Shown: positions 46,493-57,477, counted from the first letter of the stretch. The stretch is 64,000 nt of DNA from Candidatus Woesearchaeota archaeon (GCA_003694805.1 RFJU01000131.1:7976-71975), one strand, 5' to 3'. A program made the numbers and translations. The notes: generated from the sequence alone by a model not told the origin.

Positions 46493-49400
46493 ATGGTAGG
46501 GGTGAGTTTTCGTTCGCTTCAGAGGGTGCCGCTCTTGGTGGTGTTCTTTGCTCTCGTGCTAGTCCTTGGAGGGGGTTTGTTCGCTTTTTTGGCACTCGCC
46601 AGGCCTACTTCGTGCGAGCCTGTTTGTGATGCGTTTGATGTTTGTACGAGTGGCACAAGCCCGGGTCCTTGCGAGGCGAGTTCATGTGCTCCTGGTGAGA
46701 CGTGTTTAGAAAAGTACTGCAGTGGCTGTTCTGGAGCGACCGATCCTACGTCTCCTTCCTGCACAGGGGGCGTGTTTCACTCGTGTGAGCCAGCGTGTAG
46801 CTCGTGGGATGTGAACAGCGCGGGCGTTTGTTGCGGGGATGATCCTGGCGAGGCGGGGCCGTTTTCCGAGCCGGAAGGGGCTGACGTGTCGTATTGTTTT
46901 GATGGGAACGATAATGATTGTAACGGATATGTTGATTGCGATGATACTGCTTGCTTCGGCGCGAGTGCCGATGTTGAGTTCACGGATACGGGGTCGTCGT
47001 GGGTCGCGCCGGGAGGAATGGTTCCGTACAGTGATGGCAATACGGGTCGCGTTGATAATACGCCGTGCGATGCGTACGATATCGGGGCGAAGCAGGCGTA
47101 TTTCCTGGCGTCGGAGGGTGTGCGCTACGACGCGACGTGGGAGAGAAAAGATGAAACATGCGAGAAAAGAGTTCTGGGTGAATGGACTGACGTAGGAACA
47201 AATTCATTTTGCAAGACGCATATTGTTGATGAAGGCGGCAGCGAGGTTGCGACCATTGAAACGCAGACGGGGTGCCCGACAGGCTCAAGTGTGCGAAACC
47301 CAAAAGATGAGTGGCACGACCAAGGCGACGCGACGGTGGATTGGCATCATTTGGAGACGAGGTCGTGTCCTTCCTGCTCTCCTGCTAGCGAGATTTGCGA
47401 CTACGCAGATAATGACTGTGATAACGAGGTGGATGAGGGGTTCAACGCAGGGGATAGTTGTGGCGGTCCGGGATGTGTTCTTGACTGTCTCAGCGATGGT
47501 TCCGGGACGCAGTGCGTGCTCAACACGACGTGGGCACCGCCGGACGCGACCGAGACGAATTGTGGTGACGGCATTGACAACGACTGCGACGGGAGTCTTG
47601 ACTGTGCAGATAGTGACTGCGACTACCAGGTAGTGCCTAAGTCGTCAACAGGTGAGACGTGGACGCCGCCTGCAGGGAATACGGGATGGGTGCGAGTGAA
47701 GTACACGGAGAGGGGAGTCGCGCATGAAATTTTTTACGCGAGTGTTGATGCTACGAAAACGTACGCGTCTGAACTTGATCGTTCCTGCCAGCAAGTGAAG
47801 TGCGACCCGGGGCCTCCCCTTGCTCAGTACGGCTTGAGTGGTAGGCAAAACCTCTTCTTGGTTGAGGACGGGGCGGATGTTGCTTCAGATAGATCGCTTT
47901 GTCGGTGTGAGGGCTTTGCTTCCGAAGCGGGGTGCGAGGATGGGCAGATGTGCACTTCAAGTTCTGATGGGCAAGCAAGAACGCGTGTCGATGCAACGTG
48001 GGAATGGGAGGAGGAAGTTGGCGATCCGGGTTGCGGGTCGTGCTCGGCTGAAGTGTGTGATGGTCTTGACAACGATTGTGATGGCGTTGTGGACAACGGT
48101 TTTGATCCTGAATCATGCAGACCGCTCTGCGAGTATCAGGGTTTTCAGTGGACGAACAATGGGGGCTCGTTAAATTGTTGTGGGAACGATGCGGGCGAGG
48201 ATAATCCCTTCGAGGGTGTTGAGTCATTGTGTTTTGACGGAAATGACAACGACTGCGATGGCAACATTGATTGTAACGACAATGACTGCGCCGGGTTTGG
48301 TGGAACGTCGGTGGAGAATAGCGTGTCCGGGCGGGATTCATGGTCTGCCCCTGGCAATGTCTCGAACCTCGCCCGGGCGGAGCAGTCTTCGGGGAGCAGC
48401 TTGGTTGAGTTCGCGCCGCGTGGCGGTGAAACGTACAACACCGTTATTCGTACGAAGACGAGTATTGTGCCTGTGACATTTGGCTCGTGCGGTGGCAGCG
48501 CGGGAGTGGGCAGCGTTGGGTGCGCGCCTTACGAGCAGCAGTTCTATGAAGTGCGCGACTCGTTAGGTAACGTGATCGGGACAGATCGCGTCGGGGAAAC
48601 GTGCAGAGCATCGTGTGGTACGGCTTTCGGTGCTGACAGTTGTGGAAGCCATATTCCGGGGTGTGAATCGCAGGCTGGCGAGTCTGAGAGTGATGAGTTG
48701 TCTGACTGGACGTGGGAAGAATCAGCGGGGGACGCGTGTTCTTGCGAAGACAATGATGGTGACGGCGTGAACGCCACGGGAGGGTCGTGCGGCCCTATTG
48801 ACTGCGACGACAACGACGCCAGCGTCAGCTCGACCATCACGTGCACGGACTACAACACCTGCACCGACACGAGCATGTGCACCACGTCCTGCCCTGCAGC
48901 GCCCGCCGAGATTTGCGATGACGGCGTTGACAACGACTGCGACGGGTTGGCTGATTGTCGTGATAGTGATTGTGCCGGTCCGGACAACGATGGTGATTTG
49001 TACTTTTCCTCTTCAAGCAGTTCTGCTTGCCCCGTGGATTGCAACGATTCGGACCCGAACAACTATCCGGGGAACGTCGAGGTTTGCAGTGACGGGGCGG
49101 ATAACGACTGTGATGGCTTCGTTGACGAGGCGGACAGCGCGTGCGTGATTAATTTGACGCTTGCGCCGAGCCCTGCCAACCCTGCAACGACGGTGACTGC
49201 GACGGTTGAGGCGTTCGATGGCGTGTTCCAGACGGGCTCGTACCGGGTGAGCGTGTGCGATTATCAAGGATGTGACCTGAGCGATCCGACCGGGTGCGTG
49301 GCGGGGAGTGCTATTGATCCGAGCTGCGATCGCCTGGACGCGAACGGCCTTGCGAGTGTGGCGTGTTCGTTCACTGCGCCGGGAATCGGGGCGGGTTACG

Positions 49401-52018
49401 GTTATTACGCGTGCGTTGGCGAAAATGCGGATCAGGAGCTCTTGGATGTTGTTGGTGGGGGGCATTGTGGCCTTGGCAGTTCCCACGCTGAGGATGATGA
49501 GGTCTCTCCTGCCGAGTTCTTTCACGAGTGCGACGCGTCGGAGGAGGGGGGTGATTGTTCGGGCGTGACGGATTGCAATTCGTATAATTATTCTTCGTGC
49601 TCGTCGTGCAGGGTGGAGAGCAGTTCCGGCTCGAGCAGGCTGTATTTCTCGTGTGATGATTACTGGTGTAGCGGCCTTGAGGCGGATAGCTCTGCAGGGT
49701 GCCAGGATTCAGGAAGCGACTGGTTCCCTCTTGACGAGGTTTGTGACCTTGTCCGCGCTAATGATTCTTCTGCAGGTCCTGCGTTGGGGCGGGGCTTTTG
49801 TGGGTATAACTGGTGCAGCCCGCCTTCAGAGAACGTGGCGTATCTTTGTCACGTGAACGCGTCGGGCTCGCCGGTGTGGACGCCGAATGCGTCTTTGCCC
49901 TTGACAGCTGAGGCTGGCGTTCTTGGTGGCGATGCTCAGTGTAGTGACGGGTTCGATAACGACTGTGATGGGCTTATTGACTGCGATGATGATGGGTGCG
50001 ATTGTGAGGGAGATAATAATCAGGTGACATGCGAAGATTTGGGTTTTCAGTGGGATGCTTCGCGGTCTCCTCCTGAGCGGCGGTGCTGTGGGGATGAGCA
50101 GAATGCGTCATGGCATGAGGACGACCCGTTCGGCGTTAGCGAGGCGGGGCTTTGCGGTGATGGGCGTGATAATGATTGTGATAATGAGAATGATTGGGAT
50201 ACGCTTGATCGTGACACGGGCGATGGGTGGGATAGCGCGGGGGTTCACGGGGACAACGATTGTGCGGTGAGCATTGTACGTTTCTCGGCGCCTAATTCCT
50301 CAGAGGCGGGAACGCCCTTTGTCGTGAATTGTACCGTGAACAGCCCCGGAGAGTTCAACAGCGTTCACGTCGTGCTTGACGAGAATGAGGATGGCGAGTT
50401 TAACCTCTCAAAAGGGGACGTGCTCTGCCCGTTCATGCAGTGGCTTGCCGCGACCCCCACCGTCGCGCAGTTCAATTGCTCGTCCTCGTTGCCGAGTGGT
50501 TCGTATGCGAGGACGCAGTGCTTCGTGAACACCAGCAGGAGTTACGACGCGACGGGGCCGCTTCAGAACAGCACACTCCTGACCGGTTGTTTTGACAACG
50601 ATGGTGACGGGTACCAAGGGTATGATCCTTTAGGATGCCCGAGCGGCGATGATTGTAACGATGCTGATGTGAGCGTTCACCCGGGAGGTTTGGAGATTTG
50701 CGAGGATGGTGTTGATAGCAACTGCAACGGGAATGATGATGAGGCGTGTCCGTTGCCCCTTGTTTTCCGTGTTGATTTCGAGACGAATGTGTTCGATACG
50801 GCGCCGACGTGGGAGCCGTTCAACGTGAGTGATTACGGAGCGGTGCCGGGTTGGTGGTACGGGTGGCAAGACAGCGTGGGCGACGGAGTCACGAGCAGTG
50901 ACGCTTCCTTGCCCGTGTGGGGGTCTTTGCTTGGCGACCACCATGATGTGAATGGTGTTTGGGATGCTGACGTTCCTGAGAAGACAGGCTATACTGTGAA
51001 CGTGTATACTGGCGACGCGTCTCTTGATTCTGGTTTGTTTGATGTGTATGCTGAAGGCTTCTTGAAGTTATTTGATGTGCAGAGCGGGGCGGGAGAGTAC
51101 AAAGTGGAAACGTTTGAAACGAATGTGACTGACGGCACGCTCTCCTTGCAGTTTGTCGTGAATGGCGATCGCGGGCTCGTGAGTGGCGTGGAGGTGTTCT
51201 ACACGGCGTGTGACTTTGACATGGACGAGGATAATCACTCTGGCGCCTCATGTGGCGGGAATGATTGTGATGATACAAACCCGTTCCGTTCGAGCTTGAG
51301 TACGAACCCGTACTGTGATTGTAATGACGCCGCGCCGTACCAAGACGTGCAGAGCGAGTCTGCGTTCGGGTGTGATGGCATTGACAATGATTGCGATGGA
51401 GAGGTTGATGAAGGCGTTGGCGGTTGCTTTGGAACGTTGGAAGGGTATGTTTTGAATCAGTTTGGTGTCGGGATTGAGCAAGCACTGGTTACTGCACAAA
51501 AGCAAGGCGTTCCCGATAGGAATACTGAGAGTGATGTTAGCGGGTTTTATTCCATGTCACTTTCGTCCGGGAACTACGTCGCGAGTGCACGCAAGTTCGG
51601 GTTCATGCCTGACACTGCACCGGTAAGTATCGTGACGGGTTCGACAACCTATCAGAACTTTACGTTGTTGAATGGGTCGTGCACGGCTGATTGCACGAAT
51701 TGGGAGGGGCGCTGTGACACGTCGTGTGAGGGGTATGTTGATCCCGCAACCGGGGACACGTGCCATTTCTATGATGAGAAAGTAGAGGCGCTCTGCGAAG
51801 GCAAGCTTCTTGGAACGGATGTGTTTTACGGTACGGGGAGTGATGATCGTGATTTGTTTGTGACGTGTTGTGAGGGAGGCCCTGGCGGTGGCGCGCCGCG
51901 GGAGTTGAGGCGCCCGCTTCTCGATGTTGAGGGCAATATGAAGCACTTGGTGAGAAGAACGATTACGTCAAGGTGCGGGGCTCAGCCGTGCAAGGTTATT
52001 GTTTTCACGTGGGAGTAA
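46493..52018 (+). CDS. Giant (~1840 aa) Cys-rich surface protein: N-terminal signal anchor, ~11 DNDCDG-type putative metal-binding repeats, C-terminal carboxypeptidase-regulatory-like beta-sandwich
   Basis: Start set at [36 protein letters not shown], because the upstream in-frame extension is antisense to the redoxin gene. Repeated C(F/G/S)DG(x)DNDC(D/N)G(x)(V/I/L)D(C/E) motifs. The C-terminus is [23 protein letters not shown]...[19 protein letters not shown] (CarboxypepD_reg-like). Confidence 0.8.
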   Translation: MVGVSFRSLQRVPLLVVFFALVLVLGGGLFAFLALARPTSCEPVCDAFDVCTSGTSPGPCEASSCAPGETCLEKYCSGCSGATDPTSPSCTGGVFHSCEPACSSWDVNSAGVCCGDDPGEAGPFSEPEGADVSYCFDGNDNDCNGYVDCDDTACFGASADVEFTDTGSSWVAPGGMVPYSDGNTGRVDNTPCDAYDIGAKQAYFLASEGVRYDATWERKDETCEKRVLGEWTDVGTNSFCKTHIVDEGGSEVATIETQTGCPTGSSVRNPKDEWHDQGDATVDWHHLETRSCPSCSPASEICDYADNDCDNEVDEGFNAGDSCGGPGCVLDCLSDGSGTQCVLNTTWAPPDATETNCGDGIDNDCDGSLDCADSDCDYQVVPKSSTGETWTPPAGNTGWVRVKYTERGVAHEIFYASVDATKTYASELDRSCQQVKCDPGPPLAQYGLSGRQNLFLVEDGADVASDRSLCRCEGFASEAGCEDGQMCTSSSDGQARTRVDATWEWEEEVGDPGCGSCSAEVCDGLDNDCDGVVDNGFDPESCRPLCEYQGFQWTNNGGSLNCCGNDAGEDNPFEGVESLCFDGNDNDCDGNIDCNDNDCAGFGGTSVENSVSGRDSWSAPGNVSNLARAEQSSGSSLVEFAPRGGETYNTVIRTKTSIVPVTFGSCGGSAGVGSVGCAPYEQQFYEVRDSLGNVIGTDRVGETCRASCGTAFGADSCGSHIPGCESQAGESESDELSDWTWEESAGDACSCEDNDGDGVNATGGSCGPIDCDDNDASVSSTITCTDYNTCTDTSMCTTSCPAAPAEICDDGVDNDCDGLADCRDSDCAGPDNDGDLYFSSSSSSACPVDCNDSDPNNYPGNVEVCSDGADNDCDGFVDEADSACVINLTLAPSPANPATTVTATVEAFDGVFQTGSYRVSVCDYQGCDLSDPTGCVAGSAIDPSCDRLDANGLASVACSFTAPGIGAGYGYYACVGENADQELLDVVGGGHCGLGSSHAEDDEVSPAEFFHECDASEEGGDCSGVTDCNSYNYSSCSSCRVESSSGSSRLYFSCDDYWCSGLEADSSAGCQDSGSDWFPLDEVCDLVRANDSSAGPALGRGFCGYNWCSPPSENVAYLCHVNASGSPVWTPNASLPLTAEAGVLGGDAQCSDGFDNDCDGLIDCDDDGCDCEGDNNQVTCEDLGFQWDASRSPPERRCCGDEQNASWHEDDPFGVSEAGLCGDGRDNDCDNENDWDTLDRDTGDGWDSAGVHGDNDCAVSIVRFSAPNSSEAGTPFVVNCTVNSPGEFNSVHVVLDENEDGEFNLSKGDVLCPFMQWLAATPTVAQFNCSSSLPSGSYARTQCFVNTSRSYDATGPLQNSTLLTGCFDNDGDGYQGYDPLGCPSGDDCNDADVSVHPGGLEICEDGVDSNCNGNDDEACPLPLVFRVDFETNVFDTAPTWEPFNVSDYGAVPGWWYGWQDSVGDGVTSSDASLPVWGSLLGDHHDVNGVWDADVPEKTGYTVNVYTGDASLDSGLFDVYAEGFLKLFDVQSGAGEYKVETFETNVTDGTLSLQFVVNGDRGLVSGVEVFYTACDFDMDEDNHSGASCGGNDCDDTNPFRSSLSTNPYCDCNDAAPYQDVQSESAFGCDGIDNDCDGEVDEGVGGCFGTLEGYVLNQFGVGIEQALVTAQKQGVPDRNTESDVSGFYSMSLSSGNYVASARKFGFMPDTAPVSIVTGSTTYQNFTLLNGSCTADCTNWEGRCDTSCEGYVDPATGDTCHFYDEKVEALCEGKLLGTDVFYGTGSDDRDLFVTCCEGGPGGGAPRELRRPLLDVEGNMKHLVRRTITSRCGAQPCKVIVFTWE
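47578..51410 (+). repeat. Dispersed intragenic DNA repeats (~30-35 nt, 'gacaacgactgcgacgg...') encoding the DNDCDG motifs
   Basis: Copies near 47578, 48067, 48241, 48925, 49096, 49951 and 51373. They are coding, not CRISPR: spacing is irregular and units are imperfect. Confidence 0.6.
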
Positions 52019-52205
52019 TCGAGCATGGTAGGTTTAGGGGGTTTTGTTGCTTCGTGCACAAAAGCTTTTTAAGGTGTGCGTAGTTCCTCATAACAATTGT
52101 TAAGATGGCAGGGTTGCGGTTGCTGGTTCGTACGCACAGCAACACAGCCCTCATTCCCGATTACGGCGTGGTGCGTTACGCATTGAAAAGTAGTAGGTGA
52201 AGAGC

Positions 52206-52808
52206 ATGGATCGTGTGGAAAAGAACGCTGAAGGCGAAGGGCATGAGCAGGAAATGAGTAAGCAGAAGCGTATTAGGAAGGAGATGACTATCGGGGAGGT
52301 TGTGCAGCGTTACCCTTCTGCTGCAGAAGTGTTGATGCGTGAGGGCATTCACTGTGTTGGTTGTGGTGTTGCTCAGTTTGAAACAATCGAGCAGGGGTTG
52401 CTTGGTCATGGCTTGACGCCTGATGAGGTTGATGAGCTTGTGGAAGAGCTCAATAACGCTATTCCTGAGGAGGCAGGGGATCCTGAGAAGATTGTCATCA
52501 CTGAAGTTGCTGCGAGGAAGCTCAAGGATATCCTTGAGGCGCAGGGGAAGAAAGGAGGGGGCCTGCGTATTGCAGTGCAGCCTGGAGGGTGTGCGGGGAT
52601 GTCCTATCATTTTGATATTGAGGATCACGAGCAAGAGGGCGATGTGGTTTTTGATGTGGGCGGCGTTCGTTTCTTCATTGATGCTGAGAGTGCAAAGCTG
52701 CTTCGCGGGGCGAAGGTGGATTATGTTGATGCGCTTCAGGGTGCAGGGTTTAAGATTACCAATCCAAACGCGCAGTCGACGTGCGGTTGCGGGCAGTCTT
52801 TTTCTTGA
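52206..52808 (+). CDS. Fusion protein: DUF1858-like CxxC redox domain + IscA/HesB-type Fe-S cluster insertion domain
   Basis: N-terminal MTIGEVVQRYPSAAEVLMREGIHCVGCGVAQFETIEQG. The C-terminus is ITEVAARKLKDIL...LRIAVQPGGCAGMSYHF...STCGCGQSF, which is IscA/SufA-like. AGGTGA SD. Confidence 0.65.
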   Translation: MDRVEKNAEGEGHEQEMSKQKRIRKEMTIGEVVQRYPSAAEVLMREGIHCVGCGVAQFETIEQGLLGHGLTPDEVDELVEELNNAIPEEAGDPEKIVITEVAARKLKDILEAQGKKGGGLRIAVQPGGCAGMSYHFDIEDHEQEGDVVFDVGGVRFFIDAESAKLLRGAKVDYVDALQGAGFKITNPNAQSTCGCGQSFS

Positions 52809-52990
52809 GGGGATGGCGCGTCGTTCCTCGTGGGTGTGCCCTGTCTCGGGTTCTTTTTCGGGCCGCGTTATTTTTTGGTTTGTGGGTGCGGGAGTAAAAA
52901 AACGACTTTCAAAATTTTGTTTTGATGATTGAAAGGAAATTTTTAAATAAAGGGGGTGTTGGCACGTGATAGTGCAGTGGTGTTTTTTTG

Positions 52991-53791
52991 ATGAGTCAGA
53001 AGAAGCGAACAAAAAAGCGAAGGGAAGACGTCGCGGTAAAAACAGTTGAAGGAGGGGGGAAAGGAGGCAGCGCGGCTGCTAAGACGCGCTGGTCGGCGCG
53101 TTTCGCGGTGCGCCTTGCCCTGCTCGTGCTCATCATAGGCCTCCTTTTCTGGGCCAGGACAAGCCCTGCTGCGCAGTTGCTTTCGCTCTCAGAACTGAAG
53201 GATCAGCGAGGCGCTCTTCTCGCTCAGGTTGACGATCATTACGTGTCCTCTGTTGTGATTTTCGTCGTTGTCTACATCGCAGTTGTTGCGCTTTCCATCC
53301 CGGCCGCTGCGGTTTTGACGCTTCTTGCCGGATTCCTTTTCGGGACAATTCTTGGCGCCGTGTACGTCAATGTTGCCGCTACGGCAGGGGCGGGGATTGT
53401 CTTCTTAGTTGCTCGCTACCTGCTCGGCTCCTGGGTGCAGGAGCGTTATGGAGAGCGGCTTCGCGCGTTCAATGAAGAGTTGCGCGTGCACGGTCATCGG
53501 TATTTGCTCACGCTCAGGCTCATTCCTGTCATTCCTTTTTGGCTTATTAATTTGCTCGCTGCCATGACGAAGGTGCCCTTTCGCACGTTTTTGTGGACGA
53601 CATCGCTTGGTATTTTGCCGGGTTCGCTCGTGTACGCTTATGCAGGCCGCCAGTTTGGCTCGTTGGATTCGCTCGCTGGCTTGCTCTCGCCGGGCGTCGT
53701 AACCGCGTTTTGCTTGTTGGCGCTCTTGAGTGCTCTGCCCCTCTTGCGAGAAAAGTTTTTGCATAAAAAAGCTGGTGGAAGGAGGAGGTGA
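52991..53791 (+). CDS. DedA/TVP38/TMEM64-family membrane protein
   Basis: LLAGFLFGTILGAVYVNVAATAGAGIVFLVARYLLG...RLIPVIPFWLINLLAAMTKVPFRTFL is DedA-like. Confidence 0.7.
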   Translation: MSQKKRTKKRREDVAVKTVEGGGKGGSAAAKTRWSARFAVRLALLVLIIGLLFWARTSPAAQLLSLSELKDQRGALLAQVDDHYVSSVVIFVVVYIAVVALSIPAAAVLTLLAGFLFGTILGAVYVNVAATAGAGIVFLVARYLLGSWVQERYGERLRAFNEELRVHGHRYLLTLRLIPVIPFWLINLLAAMTKVPFRTFLWTTSLGILPGSLVYAYAGRQFGSLDSLAGLLSPGVVTAFCLLALLSALPLLREKFLHKKAGGRRR

Positions 53792-53797
53792 TGGTTG

Positions 53798-54442
53798 ATG
53801 GGCTATGTTTTGGTCGCTCCGGTGGGGGATAATCCTCGGGCGTTGTTTGTGGGGATGAAAGAGTTTCCTACAACAAAGGCTGTGCTGATAGCGCCGCCGG
53901 CGCGGTACGGCCGGGCAAAAAAGCTCAAGAAGCAACTTGAGCAGTTTACTGTCCCGACGGAGATTATTGAAATAAGGGGTAGTGTCATGGAGGAAATGTT
54001 TCGCGTTTTTGGCGCGCTGTGCGAGAAGTACTTGGCAGAAGAGGTGATTGTAAACGTTGCGACGGGCGATAGGATGAGCACGTGCGCAGCGTTGAGTGCG
54101 TCGTACGCTAATGGGCTTCGCGCGTTCGGAGTTGAAGGCGACTCGGTCATGGTCTTGCCGATCTTGCGACTTTCTTACTACCGGGAGCTGAGTGAACGAA
54201 AGCTCAGGATTTTGCAGGCGCTCGATGCAAACCGGTGGACGTCTTTGCAGCAGCTCAGCAAGGCGTTAGGCATGTCTGCCGCCTTGGTTTCCTATCATTT
54301 GAACGGGAATTATAAGTATCTCGGCTTGCGGCAGCACCGCCTCGTTGAGGTGAAAGAAGAGCATCAGCAACTGATGGTTCGGCTTTCCCAGATGGGCGTT
54401 TTGCTCTTGAAAGGGTACGTTGCGCAGAAGAATAATCGATAA
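53798..54442 (+). CDS. Putative regulator with N-terminal Rossmann-like (CARF/Csa3-like) domain and C-terminal winged HTH
   Basis: GGAGGAGGTG SD 8 nt upstream. N-terminus MGYVLVAPVGDNPRALFVG...VNVATGDRMST and C-terminus LRILQALDANRWTSLQQLSKALGMSAALVSYHL (ArsR/wHTH-like). Confidence 0.45.
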   Translation: MGYVLVAPVGDNPRALFVGMKEFPTTKAVLIAPPARYGRAKKLKKQLEQFTVPTEIIEIRGSVMEEMFRVFGALCEKYLAEEVIVNVATGDRMSTCAALSASYANGLRAFGVEGDSVMVLPILRLSYYRELSERKLRILQALDANRWTSLQQLSKALGMSAALVSYHLNGNYKYLGLRQHRLVEVKEEHQQLMVRLSQMGVLLLKGYVAQKNNR

Positions 54443-54547
54443 CGCGGAAAAAAAAGTGGCATAGTGTAACGGGCGGATGAGTGCCTGGCACGTTCGCAAG
54501 CAAAAAAAGGAAGGCTTATAAAACAACGTTTGTGTTATGGTGGTGGT

Positions 54548-55591
54548 ATGGGATCATGGTTGAAGGGATCGTGGTGGCTGGTGTTCGGAAGTGTTCTCGT
54601 GCTTGCACTGCTCTCTGCGTGTTCAAGAAGCGTGGAGGAGGGTGGTGTGGCGAAGGTCGTGGTTCGGCAAGTGTTGACGGTGTGCCCGTCAAGGCTTGGT
54701 TTCTTGGATGTTGAGCGTTGTGAAACGTGGGTGTTGGTTGATTCGCGGGAGGCGCGGCTCGGGTTCCCCTTGGGTTCGGTGAATGCGTCTTCGCTCAACG
54801 TGTCCGTTAATGAATCGCTCTTGGCGAACGTAACAAAGCAAGAACCCTTCGTGCTTTCTTGGAATGGCGTTTCCAGCGTGTTTGTCGCCCCGCTCAAGAG
54901 AGAAGATGGTGAGCGTTTATGCTCTGCGTACGGTTATGATTCTGCGCCGTTAACGCTTCCTTTCGGGTTTTGCGACCTTCTCTTGTATGAAGCGTTTGAG
55001 AAGCAGCCTTGGAAGGAGTTCCCGGCGAGTGCGTGCGGTGGTAGCGTGAGTGAGGAGTGTCTTTTGCGGCATGCTGAGCGCATACCTGACGCGGATCGCA
55101 AGCTCGCCATGTGTGACACGTTTCCTGACGCGTTTCAAACGGCGCGTTTGCATTGCTTTGGGAATTATTTCGAGTCGCTTAAGTTGCGGGGGACGTTTGT
55201 TTTGCGCGAAGAAGCGTGCAAGGGCGTTGTGCATCGCCAGGATTGTTTTGATGCGTATTATTTTTACGCTCCCGCGTGTGGCTTGATTAAGACGGGGTGG
55301 TTGAGTCTGCAGTGCGAGCGAACATACAGCTTCACGGAAGACAAGGCAAGGAGCTTTAACAATGAATGTTTGTTCTTGCTCGAGGATGGACAGCTCAAGG
55401 GCGCCCTTGCCGCGTGCAATAAGGCGTTGGATTTGAGCGAAGGAAGGGAAGGGTTTATTTGGGACTCGAAAGGGCAAGTGCTTGAGGCGTTGGGGAGGCT
55501 TGACGAAGCAAGGCAAGTGTACGAGGTTGCTTTGCGGTTAGATCCTCGTTTGCATGAGACAAGAGAACGGCTTGATCGGCTTCAGGATTGA
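54548..55591 (+). CDS. Cys-rich lipoprotein with C-terminal TPR repeat
   Basis: Signal plus lipobox LVLALLSAC. Sixteen Cys. The C-terminus KALDLSEGREGFIWDSKGQVLEALGRLDEARQVYEVALRLDP is a TPR. Confidence 0.5.
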   Translation: MGSWLKGSWWLVFGSVLVLALLSACSRSVEEGGVAKVVVRQVLTVCPSRLGFLDVERCETWVLVDSREARLGFPLGSVNASSLNVSVNESLLANVTKQEPFVLSWNGVSSVFVAPLKREDGERLCSAYGYDSAPLTLPFGFCDLLLYEAFEKQPWKEFPASACGGSVSEECLLRHAERIPDADRKLAMCDTFPDAFQTARLHCFGNYFESLKLRGTFVLREEACKGVVHRQDCFDAYYFYAPACGLIKTGWLSLQCERTYSFTEDKARSFNNECLFLLEDGQLKGALAACNKALDLSEGREGFIWDSKGQVLEALGRLDEARQVYEVALRLDPRLHETRERLDRLQD

Positions 55592-55657
55592 AGGAGGAAA
55601 ACTGGCATGTTTGTGTTCGAAGCGTGTTTGATTGGTTAAGAAGGAGGTGGTGCGCGT

Positions 55658-56005
55658 ATGGCTGTTGAAGAAAGATCGGTGTTTTTTATTTCGTTGGTTG
55701 CCGTTGTCGCCTTGGTTTTTCTTGGCGTCCTGAGTTTTGGCGCTGGAAGGGCGGGGTTGCCCGCAGTTGGTTTTGCTGCCGGGGGGGATGACGATGAAGA
55801 TTGCGGGTGTGATGACGCATTTAAGCAGTGTATTCGTGGCTGTGGCGATTGGAACAATCCGGGGTACGCTTCTTGTGGGAAGCGTTGCATTGATACGCAC
55901 GAGCAGTGTTTTATTTGGTGTATGATTGGACAAGGAAATCTTGATTTGGGTATTGACGATATGGAGCCGGATACTGATGATGATGGTATTGGCTATGGCG
56001 GGTGA
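55658..56005 (+). CDS. Small secreted Cys-rich acidic protein (hypothetical)
   Basis: AAGGAGGTGGTG SD, a signal peptide and eight Cys in ~60 aa, with a D-rich C-terminus. Confidence 0.45.
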   Translation: MAVEERSVFFISLVAVVALVFLGVLSFGAGRAGLPAVGFAAGGDDDEDCGCDDAFKQCIRGCGDWNNPGYASCGKRCIDTHEQCFIWCMIGQGNLDLGIDDMEPDTDDDGIGYGG

Positions 56006-56027
56006 GGGGTTGTTCCTGTGCGGGGCG

Positions 56028-56426
56028 TTATGCTGTTGTTGATTCGACCATGATGCACATGCCGTGAATGGCGTCTATGCCTTGTTTTTTGCAGAACGAG
56101 AGGGCTTCGGCGCTTTCGCTTCCGGGTTGGAACCACGCCTTGCGTATGCCTTGTTTTGCAGCTTGGTGCAGTACGTCGAGCGCGATGGGCGGGGGGACAA
56201 CAAAGACGACGACGTCGATCGTTCCCGGGTAGTCTTTCAGTGTTTTGTATGCGGGGATGCCGTCAACGTCTGGTGCGTTGGGATTGACGGGGATGGCGAG
56301 GTAGCCTGCTTGTTTGAGGGTGTGGAAAACCTTGTAGCCGTATTTTTCTTTGTTCGGCGTCGCTCCTATTACTGCATAGATGTTCTTTTTGTCGAGGAAA
56401 TGTTTGAGGTCCTGGTCAGGATGCAT
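56028..56426 (-). CDS. CoA-binding domain protein (YccU/YneT-like)
   Basis: IYAVIGATPNKEKYGYKVFHTLKQAGYLAIPVNPN...TIDVVVFVVPP. The longer track ORF adds a low-complexity N-extension, which was rejected. Confidence 0.6.
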   Translation of the reverse strand: MHPDQDLKHFLDKKNIYAVIGATPNKEKYGYKVFHTLKQAGYLAIPVNPNAPDVDGIPAYKTLKDYPGTIDVVVFVVPPPIALDVLHQAAKQGIRKAWFQPGSESAEALSFCKKQGIDAIHGMCIMVESTTA

Positions 56427-56541
56427 GTCAAGTAGGGGCGCCGTGTCTTGGAGCAGGTTTTGCTCCTCAACGATGTCAGGGCGTCGTCTTTTATGGTGTG
56501 TGTTTGAGGGGGTGTTTGTATAGGTTGGTTTATAGGGTAGT

Positions 56542-56862
56542 TTATAGGTTGGCCTCGATGAATTGTTTGAGTTCTGCTTCGGGGCGCATTCCCACGCTTT
56601 TTGCGACTGGTTCGCCGTTCTTAATGATGAAGAGGGTGGGTATGCCTTGGACGCCGAAGGTTTGCGGGAGGCTTTGTTCTTCATCTACATTGCACTTGGC
56701 AAACTTCATTTTGCCTGCGTATTCTTCGCTGAGTTTCTCAAAGACTGGAGCCATCATTTTGCAGGGGCCGCACCAGGGCGCCCAGAAGTCGATGATGACG
56801 GGCTTGTCGCTGTTTTTGACTTCTTGTTCGTAATTTTCCGCGGTTAAGTTGACGATTGCCAT
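56542..56862 (-). CDS. trxA: Thioredoxin
   Basis: The WCGPC active site is in context (IIDFWAPWCGPCKMMAPVFEKL). AAGGAGG SD and TATA 'gcatttaaaaag' upstream. Confidence 0.9.
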   Translation of the reverse strand: MAIVNLTAENYEQEVKNSDKPVIIDFWAPWCGPCKMMAPVFEKLSEEYAGKMKFAKCNVDEEQSLPQTFGVQGIPTLFIIKNGEPVAKSVGMRPEAELKQFIEANL

Positions 56863-57027
56863 TGGGGTTTGTTCCTCCTTTTTCTCTTGGGTTGCGGGGT
56901 TTCACCCTGCTTTTTTTGAATAAACCCTTCTTTCTTTTTAAATGCTTCTTTAAACAGCTCAAAACTGCTCTTTTTTTGCAGGACTGCAGGGGCGGGTCTT
57001 TTGCTTCCGTTTTGCGTTGTGCGGATG

Positions 57028-57477
57028 TTATACGGCGATGAGGAGGTATGCATCAACGAGCACCAGCGTCCAGAAAAGCACGTGTTCTGTGGTTTTCCCG
57101 ACTCGGACCGGCCCCTTGAGCCGGAGCGTGCTGGGAAAGAAGGGTCTCACGCCGCGGGGGGTTATGGCTTCGGAGAAAATGTGGGAGAGATAGCCGAGGA
57201 GGAAGAAAAGGGCGGCTCCTTGCCGTGGTGCGATGCCGTAGAGGAGGATGGTGAAGAACACGGCGAAGAGGACGGAGTGGAAGACGCCGCGGTGGGGGAA
57301 GAGCCACGCAATAATTTTTGCTTTCCTGCCGAGGGCGCTCTTGTGTTCGTCAAGGTCTGGCAGGAGGGCGCCGAGAAAGAGGGCGATCGTGCCAAGAATG
57401 CCTATGCGGATTCCTGTCATGTGCTCAACGAGGAGGCCGAAGAAGAGGGCGATGGCGAGATGGGTTTTTCCAAGCAT
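57028..57477 (-). CDS. Membrane-bound metal-dependent hydrolase (DUF457/YdjM-like)
   Basis: LPDLDEH, HRGVFHS and GYLSHI His/Asp motifs on 4-5 TM segments. Confidence 0.6.
   Translation of the reverse strand: MLGKTHLAIALFFGLLVEHMTGIRIGILGTIALFLGALLPDLDEHKSALGRKAKIIAWLFPHRGVFHSVLFAVFFTILLYGIAPRQGAALFFLLGYLSHIFSEAITPRGVRPFFPSTLRLKGPVRVGKTTEHVLFWTLVLVDAYLLIAV

Noticed and set aside
47578-51410. Repeated ~30-nt units 'gacaacgactgcgacgg...' considered as a possible CRISPR or mini-satellite
   Set aside because: Units are imperfect and irregularly spaced (hundreds of nt apart), and they sit in-frame inside a long ORF encoding DNDCDG motifs. These are coding repeats.
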